Assembly: GCF_036321535.1 (NCBI RefSeq)
Contig: NC_087436.1
Span: forward strand, 86,182,001 to 86,246,000
DNA from: Camelus dromedarius
Taxonomy: Eukaryota
Direction: 5' to 3'
DNA length: 64,000 nucleotides
Part shown: in pieces, positions 11,620 to 25,244 of the stretch
Numbering within the stretch: the first letter of the stretch is position 1
Layout: every line of letters begins with the position of its first letter
Translations under genes and position numbers: made by a program
The notes under the pieces: generated by a model
What the model saw: the letters and a program-made list of their open reading frames with translations, nothing else
Databases searched by the model: none
What the model was told of the DNA's origin: nothing

Positions 11620-12390
11620 CCATATGGGCATATCTCTATTCCTAGCAACTCTATCCTCTGGTGAGTCAGACCCAAACCCTTGGACTCCTCTTTGACTCCT
11701 TCCTTTCTCTCTGTATATTTAATCCTTTGGAGTTAGTCCCAGTGGCTCTACCTTTAAACATATCCAGAACTTGACCACTCCCACCACCATCACACTGGTC
11801 CACATCACACTCTAGCCTCTTGACTAGGCTTTTTCCTCTCATGCTTGCCTCTACAGTCTGTCCGCTCTCAACCCAGCAGTTAGAGGATACTCTAAAAATA
11901 GAAGTCAAATCAGGTCAGAGCAAGAACCGAAGATGTTACAATAGCCAAAAAGGCCCTCTGTGATCTGGCTGTGTCTGTCTCTCTGATCTCCTCTTCTCCT
12001 ATTAGCCTACTGGCTTGCCCTGCTTTCCTTGCTTGTCCAGCTCTCTCTTGCACTGGCCTTTCTCTCTGCTGAGAATTCTTCCCCACAAACTCACTTCCTC
12101 AACTTCTGGTCTTCCCTCAAATGTTATTTTCTCACTATTTTTAAAGTACCAGGGTCCCTCCTGTGCTCTCTGTGCTCCCAATCCTCTTGCCATGCCCTAT
12201 TTTGTTCTCCCATAGCACTTAGCACTTTCCAATATGCTGTATAATGTACTGTGTTTATGTGTTTATTGTCTGAACCTCCCTGCTAGAATGAGAGCTCCTG
12301 GAGGATATTTATGTCCGCTGGGGTCAGTGAGAACAGTGCCTGGCCCAGCAGGTGCTCAGTCAGTACTAGATGCGGGATTGAGAGAAGAAC
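11620..12390. mobile_element. Ancient L2 LINE fragment
   Basis: L2-type phrases such as 'aaacccttggactcctctttgactcc', 'aaggccctctgtgatctggct' and 'ctagaatgagagctcctggagg...acagtgcctggc'; boundaries approximate. Confidence 0.7.
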
Positions 12391-15300
12391 GCCAGTGTTC
12401 TGGGTAGATGCCTAACCACAACTCTCTCTGACCCCTACCTAGCACTTTGGAGCTTACAAAGACTCTTAAATATGTTGTGTCTTTGGATCTGCACAATTAT
12501 ATAAGCTAGATAGGACTTTTTCCCCCCAAGTGTTACTTCCACAATGAGGTATTCAGAGGTTAAAGGACTTGTCCAAATCAGATCTAGGACTAGGTTCTAA
12601 ATCAGAGTGGGTTTTTTTTGAGGGGGGGGCAAGACACTTGACTCAATGAGGAAAATTAATAGGTTAGTGGATTCACTGTGGATCCTTCTAAATCCTGGCC
12701 CTGGGATGGAGGCTGGGGTCCTCCCACTGCTGTCTGCCTTTAGTATTATATAGCTGCTCAAGCCCCAGCTAAATGAGTGGTGTTTGGGGGAATATAACAC
12801 AATGGGCACATCCTCTTGTGTTTATAATTTGCACAGGGTTGAAAACAAGAGATATTGTCTTGTTAGCTCGAGCTCATTTGGAGTCTGCCCTGAATCTCTG
12901 GACTTGGCTGGGTGCCCTCCCTTGTCTGACCGCTCTGGGCAAACCAACATACATAGTCAGTGTATTACAGTTCCTTCCTCCTGTTTGGGTTCTCTGTCAG
13001 TCCATCAGATTTAGCTGATGAGCTCATTGACTGCAGACTGATTTAGCAAGACAGTGTCCCTCATTCTCTAGTCATACACAGCACCATTGTCCTCCACAGA
13101 TACTACTAGTAATTGACATATCCTTTCAAGAGCACTGATATCTCAACAGTCATTAGTCAATAATTGTTGTTAGAGCAACAATTTATTATACTGAATTATA
13201 AAAGTTGAAAATGAATGTGATTCAGAAAATAGGTATAAATACAAAATTACCAATTCTAAACAAATTTTTAAGGATAATACTTTTCCTCAAAGATGTTCAC
13301 AGGTAGTAAAATAAGTGACAGTTGCTTCTTTGTTATTCCTCAAATGGCATAAATTGTTAGTTTTTTTATGTGAACGGGGAAAATTTAAACATTTTAAGAC
13401 AAGAAAAGGAAAAGAACAATTTAATTGTTTATTGAAATATTAATTCAATGTTTGGTTATTCACAGATTATCTCCATGCCATTTAGAATTTAATACATGTC
13501 TCAGTTATACAGTATTTTTCAGTTCCAGTTGCTCTAAAGCAGCAGAGATGTTAATTATGAATGCAGAAGGCATAGTTCAGAAAGGAACAGTGGCAGCCAT
13601 AGTTAACTGCATCATTGCTGTACTAAAGGGGGCTTTTTACCTGTGCTTTTTTCTGAGATCAGGCAAGATAAATTCCAAACAATGTACCTAATAATGATCA
13701 CGGTACCACTTACACTGGCCAGAGAATGACCCCTACCCAGATAGAACTCTGGGTGTGTTTAGTTGTAAACACAAGACAAAGCATATCAGAATAATGGCCA
13801 AGTTAAAATATGAGATCTAGGCCATATTGCTAGAGGAACTTTTGGAAATAGAGCCACAGTTGCTATTGAAATGCAGTTTAATTCACCATTATTTACTGAG
13901 TTCCTACTTGTGCTAGGTGCTAGGGTTACAGAGACGGCTAGAACTTAACCACAGCTCTGGATGAACTCTAATGGAATGCAACAATCTATGGAACCATGGA
14001 GAAAAGAGACATTCCTTCTACTTGGCATCTGGGACTCTGGGATTGGGCCTTGAATTGTTTATTGCATATGCTCAGCTTTAGAACAACACAACAACACCAA
14101 CTTTCCCACAACAGCAGTGAGAGAAGAGACTTCTAGGCCAAAGATCTGCTCGTGAGCACAGGCCTAGAAGATGGATTTGTGTTATGTGGAGGTGGAATGG
14201 CTGCACGCAGCAAGGAGAAACAGCAAGGGCTGCTTGGTGGCAGAGAGCGAAGGGTCTGAGTGACAGGTGAAGTAGTATGAGGTATCTCTATATTAGATGG
14301 ACAGTCTTGGAAAGGTGCTAAGCAGAAAATTGAAATGATTATATTGTAATCATCGTAAAGGATGAATTGGAAGAGAGAGATTGGAAGAGAACAGAAAGAC
14401 TTTAAAGTTTTAAAGTCTAGTCCTGAGATGATGAGAGTCACATTAATCAGGGGGATGGGAAAGGAGAAGAGAGGATAAATTCAAGACGCTTTTGGAAGGG
14501 AGCACCAACAGTCCTTGTCTACTAATTAGATGGGATATGGATACAGAAAGAGAAATGAATTGGTGGGGAATTTGGGTTTCTAGCTTAGGCATTTGTGTTG
14601 ATGTTGGTGTTAACAAATATAGTGCTTACAGAAGGAAGATAAGCAGTTTTTTGTTGTTGCAGGTGGACTTGTGGATAGAGTGGGTAGAAGAGGAAGAAGA
14701 TAAAGCATTTGGTTTTAAACATTTTGAGTTGCAACTACTGCTAGAATAGCCAGGGAGAAAATTTTTATGTATAGTACTTGGAAATATGGGTCTGAACTTA
14801 AGAGACACTGGGGTTGGAAATAAAAATGTCACCAATCTGTTGTATTTGAACTGTATTTGTATAATAGTTCTAGCATTAAGATAAGATGAAATTACTGAAG
14901 GTTGAGGTGATGGTTAGGACAGTGGTCAGGAAAGGTCATTGTTTTGGTATAGTGCCCATCAAAGTAATTGGCATGTAGTATCTAACATATTTCTTGAAAG
15001 CTGACTCTGTTCCAGAGTCTCAATTCCCTGCTCTCAGGAACTGTATAATATCTCAGTCAGTCTATCTAGGGGTAATTAAATACTTACCACTTGACAATGG
15101 AACTAGAATATGGTAAATTTGGAAACCAAATCAAGATTGTAAGGTGGCTTGGTGTAAATATGGGATTAGAACTCAAAATAGCCTCCTTTAGCCAATTAGG
15201 AGCCTTGGAAAGTTGTCCTCATCCCAAACCAATCTAATAGAAACAGAGTCAAGTAGGGAAATCCCGATGTAGTATTCAGATAACCTGCTTTGTTTCTTTC

Positions 15301-16169
15301 CAAAAGACTTCCTTTTCCATGCAGACCTTAGATGCTTTCTGACTGACACAACTTTATCTGCACAGGGCCTGCTGACAACTTAGCCTGCCAGGCACCCATC
15401 GAGTAGGGCAGCCAGATGTTTATGGCCCGGTCCTGAGCGACAGCATTGCTCAGATCCCCAGTGTGCATCAGAATCCTAAGTGACTGCTCCAGGTCACAAG
15501 GTGTTTGTGTTTCCTGAAGGACTTAAAGTGCTTGCCAAATGATCTGTCATATCCACCTCCAGAGAAGACTGCTGGTCTTTGAGATCCCAGGTGGATGAAA
15601 AAAGCAGGGAGAAATGGTAAATCAATGCACAAAATCATAAACAGTATCGCCGTTTATCATCAGCTATAACTTTTTATTTATGTGTTTTCCATTAGTCACC
15701 TCGTTACCTGTCTAACTGCCCTCACCGTATTACATTCTGGGAATTCTCTGCTTTAAGCAGGCAGGCCTGTTTGTGGTTCACCAGACACAGAGCTCCATGT
15801 CTGGGGCTTCCTACTGAGATCTTTCCCCACTTAAAGTGCTTTTACCTTTTTTCAGTCATTCATTTTTAATGTTTAAAATGTTTCTCAAAACTGTAGCTTC
15901 TTCACAGAGCTTTTTCTTCCTAATGGTGAGACCTCAAACTATCTAAAATTCCTCAGTGTTCAGATGTATGGTCACTATAGGTTTTGTCTCTATATAGTGT
16001 GTCCTGGAGCATAATTTCTCAAGACATCTGTTTGTGCAGGTGCTTAACTACAGATGCTTAATCTTTCAAAAGCAATATCTTATAGACTAGCCCTGAGCAC
16101 CACCTAGAGAATTGGTTGAGTTGAATGAACTATTCAACTAAGTCATCTGGAAGTTTCTTAGATGATGAG

Positions 16170-16410
16170 AATAATAATGATCACAACCATCATTTATTAA
16201 GTGTCTGCTATGCCAGGCAAAGCGTTTTGCCATGTTATTACATTTGATTGTCAGTAAAGGGTGAGAAAGGTATCAGCCTCATTTTACAGGTGAGGAAACT
16301 GAAGTTCAGAGAGGTTCATTTGCCTGAGGTCATGAGATTAGTAAAGAGCAGGACGTAGATTGAAACCCCTGTCTTTGAGACGCTGCAGTTTATGATCTTA
16401 CCAGTGCACC
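16170..16410. mobile_element. MIR SINE (one of many in the window, e.g. about 8470-8650, 9190-9320, 23630-23880, 30100-30310)
   Basis: MIR core 'attttacaggtgaggaaactgaagttcagagaggtt...tgcctgaggtca'. Confidence 0.8.
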
Positions 16411-17551
16411 ATGTTTTTAGTCTTCATTTTTTAAAGGACAAAAATGTTACTGATATTTTCTTGATCTCTTTCCATTCCTTCTTGTTCAAGGCTGTGTACT
16501 GAACACAGTAATTAAATGGGCTTTTTTCAGATTGCAGGGACACATGGATGCTCAGTTTCCTTCAGCAGATTGAGTGTTATTGGTAAGGACAGACAGAGAA
16601 GTAAAGTAGGATACATCTCAGCAGCTATAAAGCCAGACCTCGTGGAGAATTAGGAAAATTGCTCCTCCTTATGTCCACTTCCTCAGAAGGGGCTGACTTA
16701 GAGATTTATGGGTCCTCCATCCCTTTGAGAACAAAGCTTGCTAATGTTCAGATAAAAGGCCCTTCATTAGAAACCAGTTATTTTATTAATTCAACAAATA
16801 TTTATTGAGTGCTTACTATATGTCAAGCACTCTTTGTGGCACTAGGGAAAAGAAATCAGATAGTTTTCTCCTAATGGGGCTGACATTCTAACTGTTCCTT
16901 ATGTTAGGTTTTAGCAATGTGCTAATAAATCTCATGGGGCCGGTCTCTTCTTAATGCTTATACTCCAGGTTTGAAGCCTTTTCCAATTTCAAGATTCGAC
17001 TTGAATTAAGAAGTGGGTATAAGCCAATATTTCCCAAATTATTTATAGTGGGCACCAATTATTTCTACAGCGTTCATAGTGTTTGGTTTCAGCCTTTGAA
17101 TTCTGGGAAAGCTGACACCATCTATGACTCCAAAGAGGAGGATGTGATCTAAACTAAGCCAATCAGTATATGTTACCCCTTTCATAATGGTTGGCTTGCT
17201 AAACAGCTTGTGACCTGAGAAGTTCCAAAAAGAGGAGATCTCAGAACTTTTTGGTGGAGGAGAGTTTAAGAACACTGAGACTCTCTCATACTCTAGAAAA
17301 TGTGATGTGTAAATATGAGGGCTGGATCTGCTGCAATCATTTTGCAGAGAAGGGGAAGAATCAAATACACAGATATGAATAGAGTCCAGAAATGGAGATG
17401 GTGGCCTGATTAATTGTACCTTGCTGGCCCCACCTCTAGACTTTAACCATCAGTGAAGTCAATAAATGTCTGCTTATTAAGACAGTTTGAATTCATTTTT
17501 GTTAATTGCAACTTACAGCATAACAGTGGACACTAAACAACAACACCAACA

Positions 17552-17648
17552 GAAGAAGGAAGGAAGGACGGAAGGAAGAAAAGCAGGAAGGAAGGAAGGA
17601 AGAAAAAGAGAGAAAGAGAAAGAAAAGAAAGGAAGAAAAAGAAAAAAC
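17552..17648 (+). repeat. Purine-rich (GGAA/GAAA)n low-complexity tract
   Basis: Seen directly in the sequence. Confidence 0.9.
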
Positions 17649-17897
17649 ACTTTCCTTCCCTCTTTGTTTTTTTCTAGAAGTGTTTCACAGGACTAGATTT
17701 TCTCAGAATAAATTTACACTGGGAAATGCTGATTTTGACAGTTGAAAGCTGTTAGCCAATGTCCCAGACAGGATAAAATATGCATCCCTTTGACCAAGAT
17801 CTTTCCAAGTTTTAAGAAATATCTTTATATCCACTCTTATGTAGTCTAAGTGCAGAGGAATGTTCTTAAATGTTCATCTTCAAAAATAGTATGTTGA

Positions 17898-18030
17898 GGG
17901 GGAGGGGTATTGCTCAGTGGTAGGGCCCATGCCTAGCATGCACAAGGTCCTGGGTTCAATCCCCAGTAGTTCCATTAAAAAATAAATAAACCTAATCCCC
18001 CCACCCCAAAAAACTAAACAAACAAAAAAA
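17898..18030 (+). mobile_element. tRNA-derived SINE (camelid Vic-1-like)
   Basis: A-box-like 'ttgctcagtgg', B box 'ggttcaatccc', A-rich tail; imperfect TSD aaaaatagtatgttg (17882-17896) / aaaaatggtatgtgg (18026-18040). Confidence 0.85.
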
Positions 18031-20770
18031 TGGTATGTGGTTTAAATTTTCAACATGATTTTTCAGTGAGTGATTAAAACATCTTTGAGATACTAGTTAA
18101 GGAAAGGAAGAGGGAAAAAAAGAGGTCACTATGATTATGATCAAAGGGAAGAAATACTGTATCTCAGGGGAAAGAAAATATAGAAAAGTTGAAAGAAAAC
18201 TGAAGGTAAGGGTAAAAATTAATTTTGAAAGGGAAGTTTTTAATCCCAACCTGGAAGAGAAAGTATACAGTAAAATTTCTAAGATTGTATAATTAAATGT
18301 CATATAGGAAAATATAAAGATAGTACTTAATAAATAATAAGATCTCTTAAGACTAAGTGGACAAAAAAATGAGAGACCGACTCGATATAGACAAATATAA
18401 CTCAAAGTATATTAATAAAGTTGTTTCTATGTTATTTTAATTATGATCCAGAAACTAAGAGGGGATTAAGGATTGTAGGGCTATTCCTTAACAGTATGAA
18501 CCTAATCTGACTCAATTAAATCAGATTGACCTGATCTCTTCAACATAACCATCAAAACGTTGCTTTTGATCATTTTAGGAATGAGAACAGAAAGTAATAT
18601 CTGACCCTCCAGCAATGGTATTTATCAAAATGCCATTTGATGTGTATGTGTTGGTAGGGTCCTGAGCTGCCTAACATTTGTAAACTCATTTCAGGGACCT
18701 GAAAAACTTCTATTAGTGGGCACTAGTTACAGAATCAACATGTTAGAAACATTACATTCATGGGTTGATTGGTATTACTCATAGTTGATCCGAGATTATC
18801 ATCTAAAGAGCTTTTGATTTGGGATTCATTTGCCAAGTTACATCATTCCTAAAGCATCTCAGATCAGGCAGAACCAGACAGGACTGCATGCTAATGCCAT
18901 AGAGTGTAGATGAGTTGAATGGGCCTTAAATGAGTTTAGTCCACAGTCATACTCTAATCATGAATGATCAGCTGCTCTGTGACACTAACAAAAATGATCA
19001 CCTGCTCATGTGACATGCCCTTAAACAACAGGTCCTCATGGTTGGCAGTGGGTGGCAGGAGGGCTGCTGTGGGAATGAAGTTGCAGAGACCTGACAGATC
19101 AGGGAAGAATGGGATCTCTGGGCCAAAGTGAAATCACTTCCCAGGTAAGCAGCAGCCACAACAGCCCTGCACAGACAGTTGGAGGAAGCAACTCCTTGTG
19201 GACAAACCTCTCACAGGCTCATCACTATGCTGATCCATTCCTTAGATGACATGTGCATTACCACTTCAGTGAGCCTCTCAGAGATCATGTGAACTGTTTG
19301 AATCTCAGAAAACGATAAAGTCAAGTTGACTGTTTTTTCCAGTTCAGCCATGGAATCTTAAGTTGCCAGGCAACTGCGTAGGTCTGAATGAATGGCTACT
19401 CATAAACCCTTTCCACTGCCCCACAGAACAGCTTTGCTCAGACTGACAAGGAGGGAGAAAGACTGGAAGAGAATTGGTTGCAATATTTTCTTGTATTTCT
19501 GTAGGGCTCTATAGGTGCTCAGAACATGATACAACATGGTGAGTTGTTTCTGCGAAGGAGGCAGCTAGAAAGGAATATTATCTTCATTCTCTAGATAAGA
19601 GAATTGAGAAGATAATTTAGAGTAGGCTGGTTTCAATACAGCATGAAAATGCGTATCTACTACTCTTTGTCCTAGTATTCTCTCTGCCCTGATTTACATA
19701 ACGTCATCATTAATTGTAACAACTAACACGTATTGAGTACTTATCATTCTTAAATATATTATCTTATTTAACCCTCCCAACAACTCTGCAATAAGTACTA
19801 TAATTAGCTCCCCCGCACAGATGAGGGTAAGAAGTATTGCATCAACCCAGTTTCCTGTTTCTTAAATATCATCTTGGGATTGCTAAGTGTTTGGGGAGGT
19901 AAATGAGCATTTGTGTAATCGCTCAGCAATTCCTCATTATATTACATAAACATGGGTAGCCTCATTTTCTCATTAAGTTTTCATTTTTTCCTTCTTATTT
20001 ATTTTCCCTTCCTTGTGGTGGAAACTTACCCACGGAAACAAAAGAAGTCTTAGATCTTTGTTTTGTTTCAGGCTTTTAGGGGGCTAATTGAGGTTGGATA
20101 ACTTATTTAACTTCAGTTTCCTCTGAAGTTTATAGAATGGGAATATCTATTTCATTGGAGTGTTGTGAGGGTCAAATGAGACATTCTAAATGAAAATGTT
20201 TATAAATTGATAAGTGCTTTGTAAATAATGATATAAATATTATTTCTACTTATAGATGGTCTTTTTTTTCTTTGCCTCATTTCCCCCCCCCTTTTTTCCT
20301 GAAGAAAGACATTGCATTCTTTTACATGTTCATATCCAAAAGTCCTCCAAATGGTGCAATTAAGTACAACACAAAAGATAATATCAAGATTTCTGAAGAA
20401 TTCACTTTGAACTGTTTTGTTCCTCTCGGTCTAAGTTATTCCAATGGTAAATAAGAGGCATTTAATTTTTGGAACCTCCAGATTACATCATAGTGCAATA
20501 TATCTTCAAAGAACACATTAGTATCTTTAAATATGTCAAATGCAGAGTTATTAGATAATCTCCCAAAGCCTAAAATATTTCATGCATCTCCTTAAGTGCA
20601 TAACAACACTAGGAACAACATAATATCTTGGGTATTGAAGCCCCAAAGTTAACTTACTTAGGAGAATTTGTTCTTTAAAAGTTTAGTTCTATATAAAAGT
20701 AACTCAGGTTTTAAGAGGTTGAGTCATACTAGCCAACGAAAGTAGAAAAGAAAGAAATTTCAAAAATATG

Positions 20771-20987
20771 ATGGAAAACAATATGGAGATTCCTTAGAAA
20801 AACTAAAAATAGAGTTACCATATGATCCAGCAATCCCACTGCTGGGCATACACCTGGAGAGAACTCTAATTCAAAAAGATACGTGCACCCCAATGTTCAA
20901 AGCAGCACTAGCTACAATAGCCAAGATATGGAAGCAACCTAAATGTCCATTGACAGATGACTGGGTAAAGACACTGGGGTCTGTCTG

Positions 20988-21038
<51 letters not shown>

Positions 21039-21482
21039 GTCTCAATATTACTCAGCCATAAAAAAAGAATGAAATAATGCCATTTGCAGAAACATGGATG
21101 GACCTAGAGATTATCATACTAAGTGAAGTAAGTCAGACAGAGAAAGACAAATACCTTGTGATATCACTTATATGTGGAATCTAAAATATGACACAAATGA
21201 ACTTATTTACAAAACAGAAACAGACTCACACATGGAAAACAGTTATGGTTACCAGAGGGGAAGGCAGGGAGGGATAAATTAGGAGTTTGGGATTAGCAGA
21301 TACCAACTACTATATATAAAATAAACAACAAGGTCCTATTGTATAGCACAGAGAACTATATTCAATAGCTTGTAATAATCTATAATGAAAAAGAACATAT
21401 ATGTATAACTAAATCACTATGCTTTATACCAGAAATGAACATAATATTGTAAATCAACTATACTTCAATTTAAAAAAAAAAA
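20771..21482 (+). mobile_element. 5'-truncated L1 (ORF2 end plus 3' UTR plus poly-A) with an internal (TATC)n microsatellite
   Basis: 'ccatatgatccagcaatcccactgctggg...atggatggacctagag...tgtaaatcaactatacttcaat' followed by an A-tail; (TATC)n at about 20989-21038. Confidence 0.92.
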
Positions 21483-22224
21483 GTATGGATATGAAAAGCA
21501 GACATTTAGAAAGAAAGTAATATGAGGAAAATAAAAGTAGTCCTGAAACTAAAATTGTAAATCAACTATTTATACTTCAATAAAAAGTAAAATTTTTTAA
21601 AATTTAAAAAAGAGAAAAAAGTAGATATGAGTAAAAATACAACGTTGCAAGGCCAGTGTGTTTGTGTTGGGGGTGGGGGTGAACAGTGAGAGAGCACAGA
21701 AGCAAGTTGTCTCCTAAGTTCCCATGTGAAGCGGGTGCTGCCTAAACTCAGTCACATGAGAAGTCCAGCAGGTCTATAACTATTACATCCAACTCTCCCC
21801 TGTACCATGTTCAAAGAAGTGTTGAAAAATCTCAACGTTGCTGAGTGGGAAGGCCATTGGCTCCTAGTGAGAGTTCCAAAAGAGTAGAGAATAGATTTCA
21901 CCATACCCAATTCAGGAGCAAAAGTTGATCGTGCCCTTCAAGCCTGAAAGTTAAAGTCCAATATTTCAAAAATTATGTACTGAGTATCTATATAAGTTAA
22001 GTATGGCACTACAGCAATGTACTGAAGCATAAGATAAAACAGCTAAAGAAGATAGCAAAGAAACTTGACACATGGACACACGGACACACATACACATACA
22101 AATCCCCCTAAAACTTTAAAAATTAATAGTTTAATCAATCTATTCAATCTGTTTTTCTTTGTCTTTCTCCTGTTTCTACTAGGATCAAGAAGGAAGTGCT
22201 AGTCCTTTTATCTTCTGACTTGAC

Positions 22225-22706
22225 TGTAATAATCACTTATTGCAATATAACCAATTACCCAAAACTTAGTGGTTTAAAACAATAATAGACAGTTGCTATT
22301 TCTGACAGTTTCTGTGGGTTAGGAGTGAGTGACTTAGCTGGGTGGTCAGGCCCAGGGTCTCTCATAATGCTGCAGTCATCTGAAGGCTTGACTAGGGCTG
22401 CTTTTAGGACAGCTGATTCACATGAGTGGTGGGAGGCCTCAGTAACTCTCCATGTGAGCCTCCCTATAGGGCTGGTTGAGTGTCCTCATGACACGGCAGC
22501 TGGCTTCTCCTGGAGTGAGTGATTTAAGAGAATAAGGTGGATGCTGCCATGTCTTTTATAACCTAGCCTCTGAAGTCACATCCTGTCACTTTCACAAATC
22601 CTCTTGGTCATACAGGTCAATACTGCTCAGCAGAAGAGGGGACTACAGAAAGGCATGAATACAGACGATGAGGCTCTAGGGATTGTCTTGGAGGCTGGTT
22701 ATCACA
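22225..22706. mobile_element. MaLR (MLT1-family) solo LTR
   Basis: 'taaccaattacccaaaacttagtggtttaaaacaa...ggaggctggttatcaca' with TG...CA termini. Confidence 0.75.
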
Positions 22707-25080
22707 CTGGTCAAATCACTCCATGTCTGGTTTTGAGCCCCATCTACTAAGACTGTTGACCAAACAAAGCTGATAAGAGTCAGATACAGCCTCTGCAGAG
22801 AGTCAGGAACTTTTCTTGGAGGAAAAATGATTGAAGTAAATGGATATGTTTAGCTCAAAGAAAAAAAGATTTTGGGTGGGATTATCTTCCTCTTATTTGA
22901 AGTACTATCACATAGAAGAAAGAGTAAACTTGCTTTGTGTCTCCCCAGAGATTGGAAAGAAAATAAATGAAGATATATTGAATGACTCCTGGAGGATTTC
23001 AGGCTACATGCAAGGGTTTGGAATAAAAATAAATAGCCAAGATACATTCTCACACCTTAAAGAATCCAGTCTTTAAGAACTGTGGAAGAATATAATGAAG
23101 CATTTTTGTACATGCTCAGTATGTTACAGACATTTAATATAATTATTGGAGATGTTCCACAGAGAAGGAAAAACACCACATGATTTAGACTGAAGCAGGG
23201 TTTTGGATACCAGTTGGGACAAGATGACTTCTGGGCTCCTTTCTGATTTTGTGAGACTATGATTGTAGGAGTAGTTTCCAGACATGTGCAAATTTAAAAA
23301 ATGGCAATGAGGAAAATCCAGTGCAATGGTATGTCATATTTGTAGCATGAGTTTAAATCAGGTAAGCAGCTGTAGATATTATTCTAGGGTAATCTAAGGA
23401 ATCTGTATGGATTTTTATAAATTTATTATAAAAATATTTGGAGATAAACATTGAACTAATTATGTACATACAATATTAAATGATCAAAGAAAAAATGAAA
23501 ACAGGATGGTTTCCTATATGTAGCCATCTATTTAATATTTATAAAGCAATAACTATGTGTAAGACACTGCTATAGATGTTAAGAAGATGGAAGTAATCTG
23601 AATATTTTTCTGCTGGTATTTAAGAGTGTAGAGCGTAGTGGTAAGATCATGGGGTGAGGAAACATACTGTTTAGGCTCACATCCTGGTTCTACCACCTCT
23701 GAGTTATGTGGCCTTGGGCCAAGTTACCTAATTTCATTTTGCCTCAGTTTGCGTATGTGTAAAATAGGGATAAAAATGGTACCTACGTTACAGGGATGTT
23801 TGCGAGGCTAAATGGGTTGATATGTGCAAAGTGCTTAGAACAGTGTCTGGAAGACTATATATACCATATAAGCATTTGTTTCTTTTCCCAAACAGAATAG
23901 AGTCTGCCCTCAGGAAGCTCCCAGTGCAGTTTGGATTACCTTTCCCTCTCCCTCAGTTACCACAGATGTTGAGATGAATATGGAAGAAGACAATCTTTGT
24001 TGCTACTCAAAGGCCTTTCGCAGACTTGTATTGCACATGAGCTTTCCTTAATCCTAGGATCTTGAAGCATCAGTGCTATTTTTCACTACTTATACTCTGA
24101 GCACCACAAACTCTAGGTTCGTACATATTGTGCAAATTTTATGCTAGAAAAGATTTTCTAAATGATCGATGTGGCTGAGAGGATTAATTTCTTTTTTGGA
24201 ATTATAACTATAAGTAAAGACTAAGTGAGACATTTTATTTGTTTTCCCAGAGGACCAACATGTTTGGATTCCCCCAGACAGTATAAAACTCTCCTGATGC
24301 GATTTAAAATTCTTCCTCACACCTAGGGAGATGGTACTCATGGCTGGCACCAAATATTTCTATTTTCGGGGCCGTTTTCCCTCATACCACATCTATACCA
24401 TCCAAATAAATTAGGCTCAAGAACATGTAAAATCATACATTATTGTTTGTATTATTGTCCCTATTACTCTTGTTAGGTAGTAACAGAGATGAGTAATAAA
24501 AAGGAAAACAGCTAACTCTGTGTGATTACCAGGTTTTGGGCACTGTATTCTAGATCCCATCCATTTGCCTTTTTCCAAAATCGTATGCTAGATATGATTC
24601 CTCCCTCAACTAATTTCTTAGGTTGGCCCTTCCTATATTACAAGTTTGGTGTAAATTTAGACATGGCAGTCAAGCAGGGTGCAGGTCTGGGGCTTTGGTT
24701 TTTCACCAGAAACCTTTATTTCCCCAACTTAGAATTCCAGGAGAAAAAGTTTTGGACATTGCTTCCTTGGCTCATAGGCAGAGTATTTCTGGTTTCTCTC
24801 TTGCAGCCTTTCCTGGCTGGTTGCCATGATCTTTCCTGGATCCTACCCAGGGCCAAGTCTCCATGTTAAATCCTGCCTTTAGCTGCTGGGGCCGACTTCT
24901 GGTCCAGTAATTCCCCCTGCCCCTCCCAGTCCCTTGATGGGGTCTATGAGTCTGTTACTCAAGCTTTAAACTTTATTTTTTTTTTAAGCTTTATTTTTAA
25001 TTCAAGCACTAAAAAGTTTCTCCTTCTCTCTTTTGAATTTCATATTTACAGTATTACTAATTTTTGAAAATTAGGCTTTA

Positions 25081-25202
25081 TTTCTGGGGGGAAAGGTAAT
25101 TTGGTTTATTTATTTATTGTTTTTAGTGGAGTACTGGGATTGAATCCAGGACCTTATACATGCTAAGCAGACGCTCTACCACTGAGCTATACCCTCCTCC
25201 CA
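25081..25202 (-). mobile_element. tRNA-derived SINE (camelid Vic-1-like)
   Basis: Reverse complement of the SINE head 'ctctaccactgagctataccc'; flanked by aggctttatt repeats. Confidence 0.85.
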
Positions 25203-25244
25203 AGGCTTTATTATTTATTTATTTATTTATTTATTAGGCTTTAT

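Noticed and set aside
17898..17975. tRNA-like sequence with A and B boxes
   Set aside because: Followed by an A-rich tail and flanked by a TSD, with three diverged copies in the window, so a SINE and not a tRNA gene.
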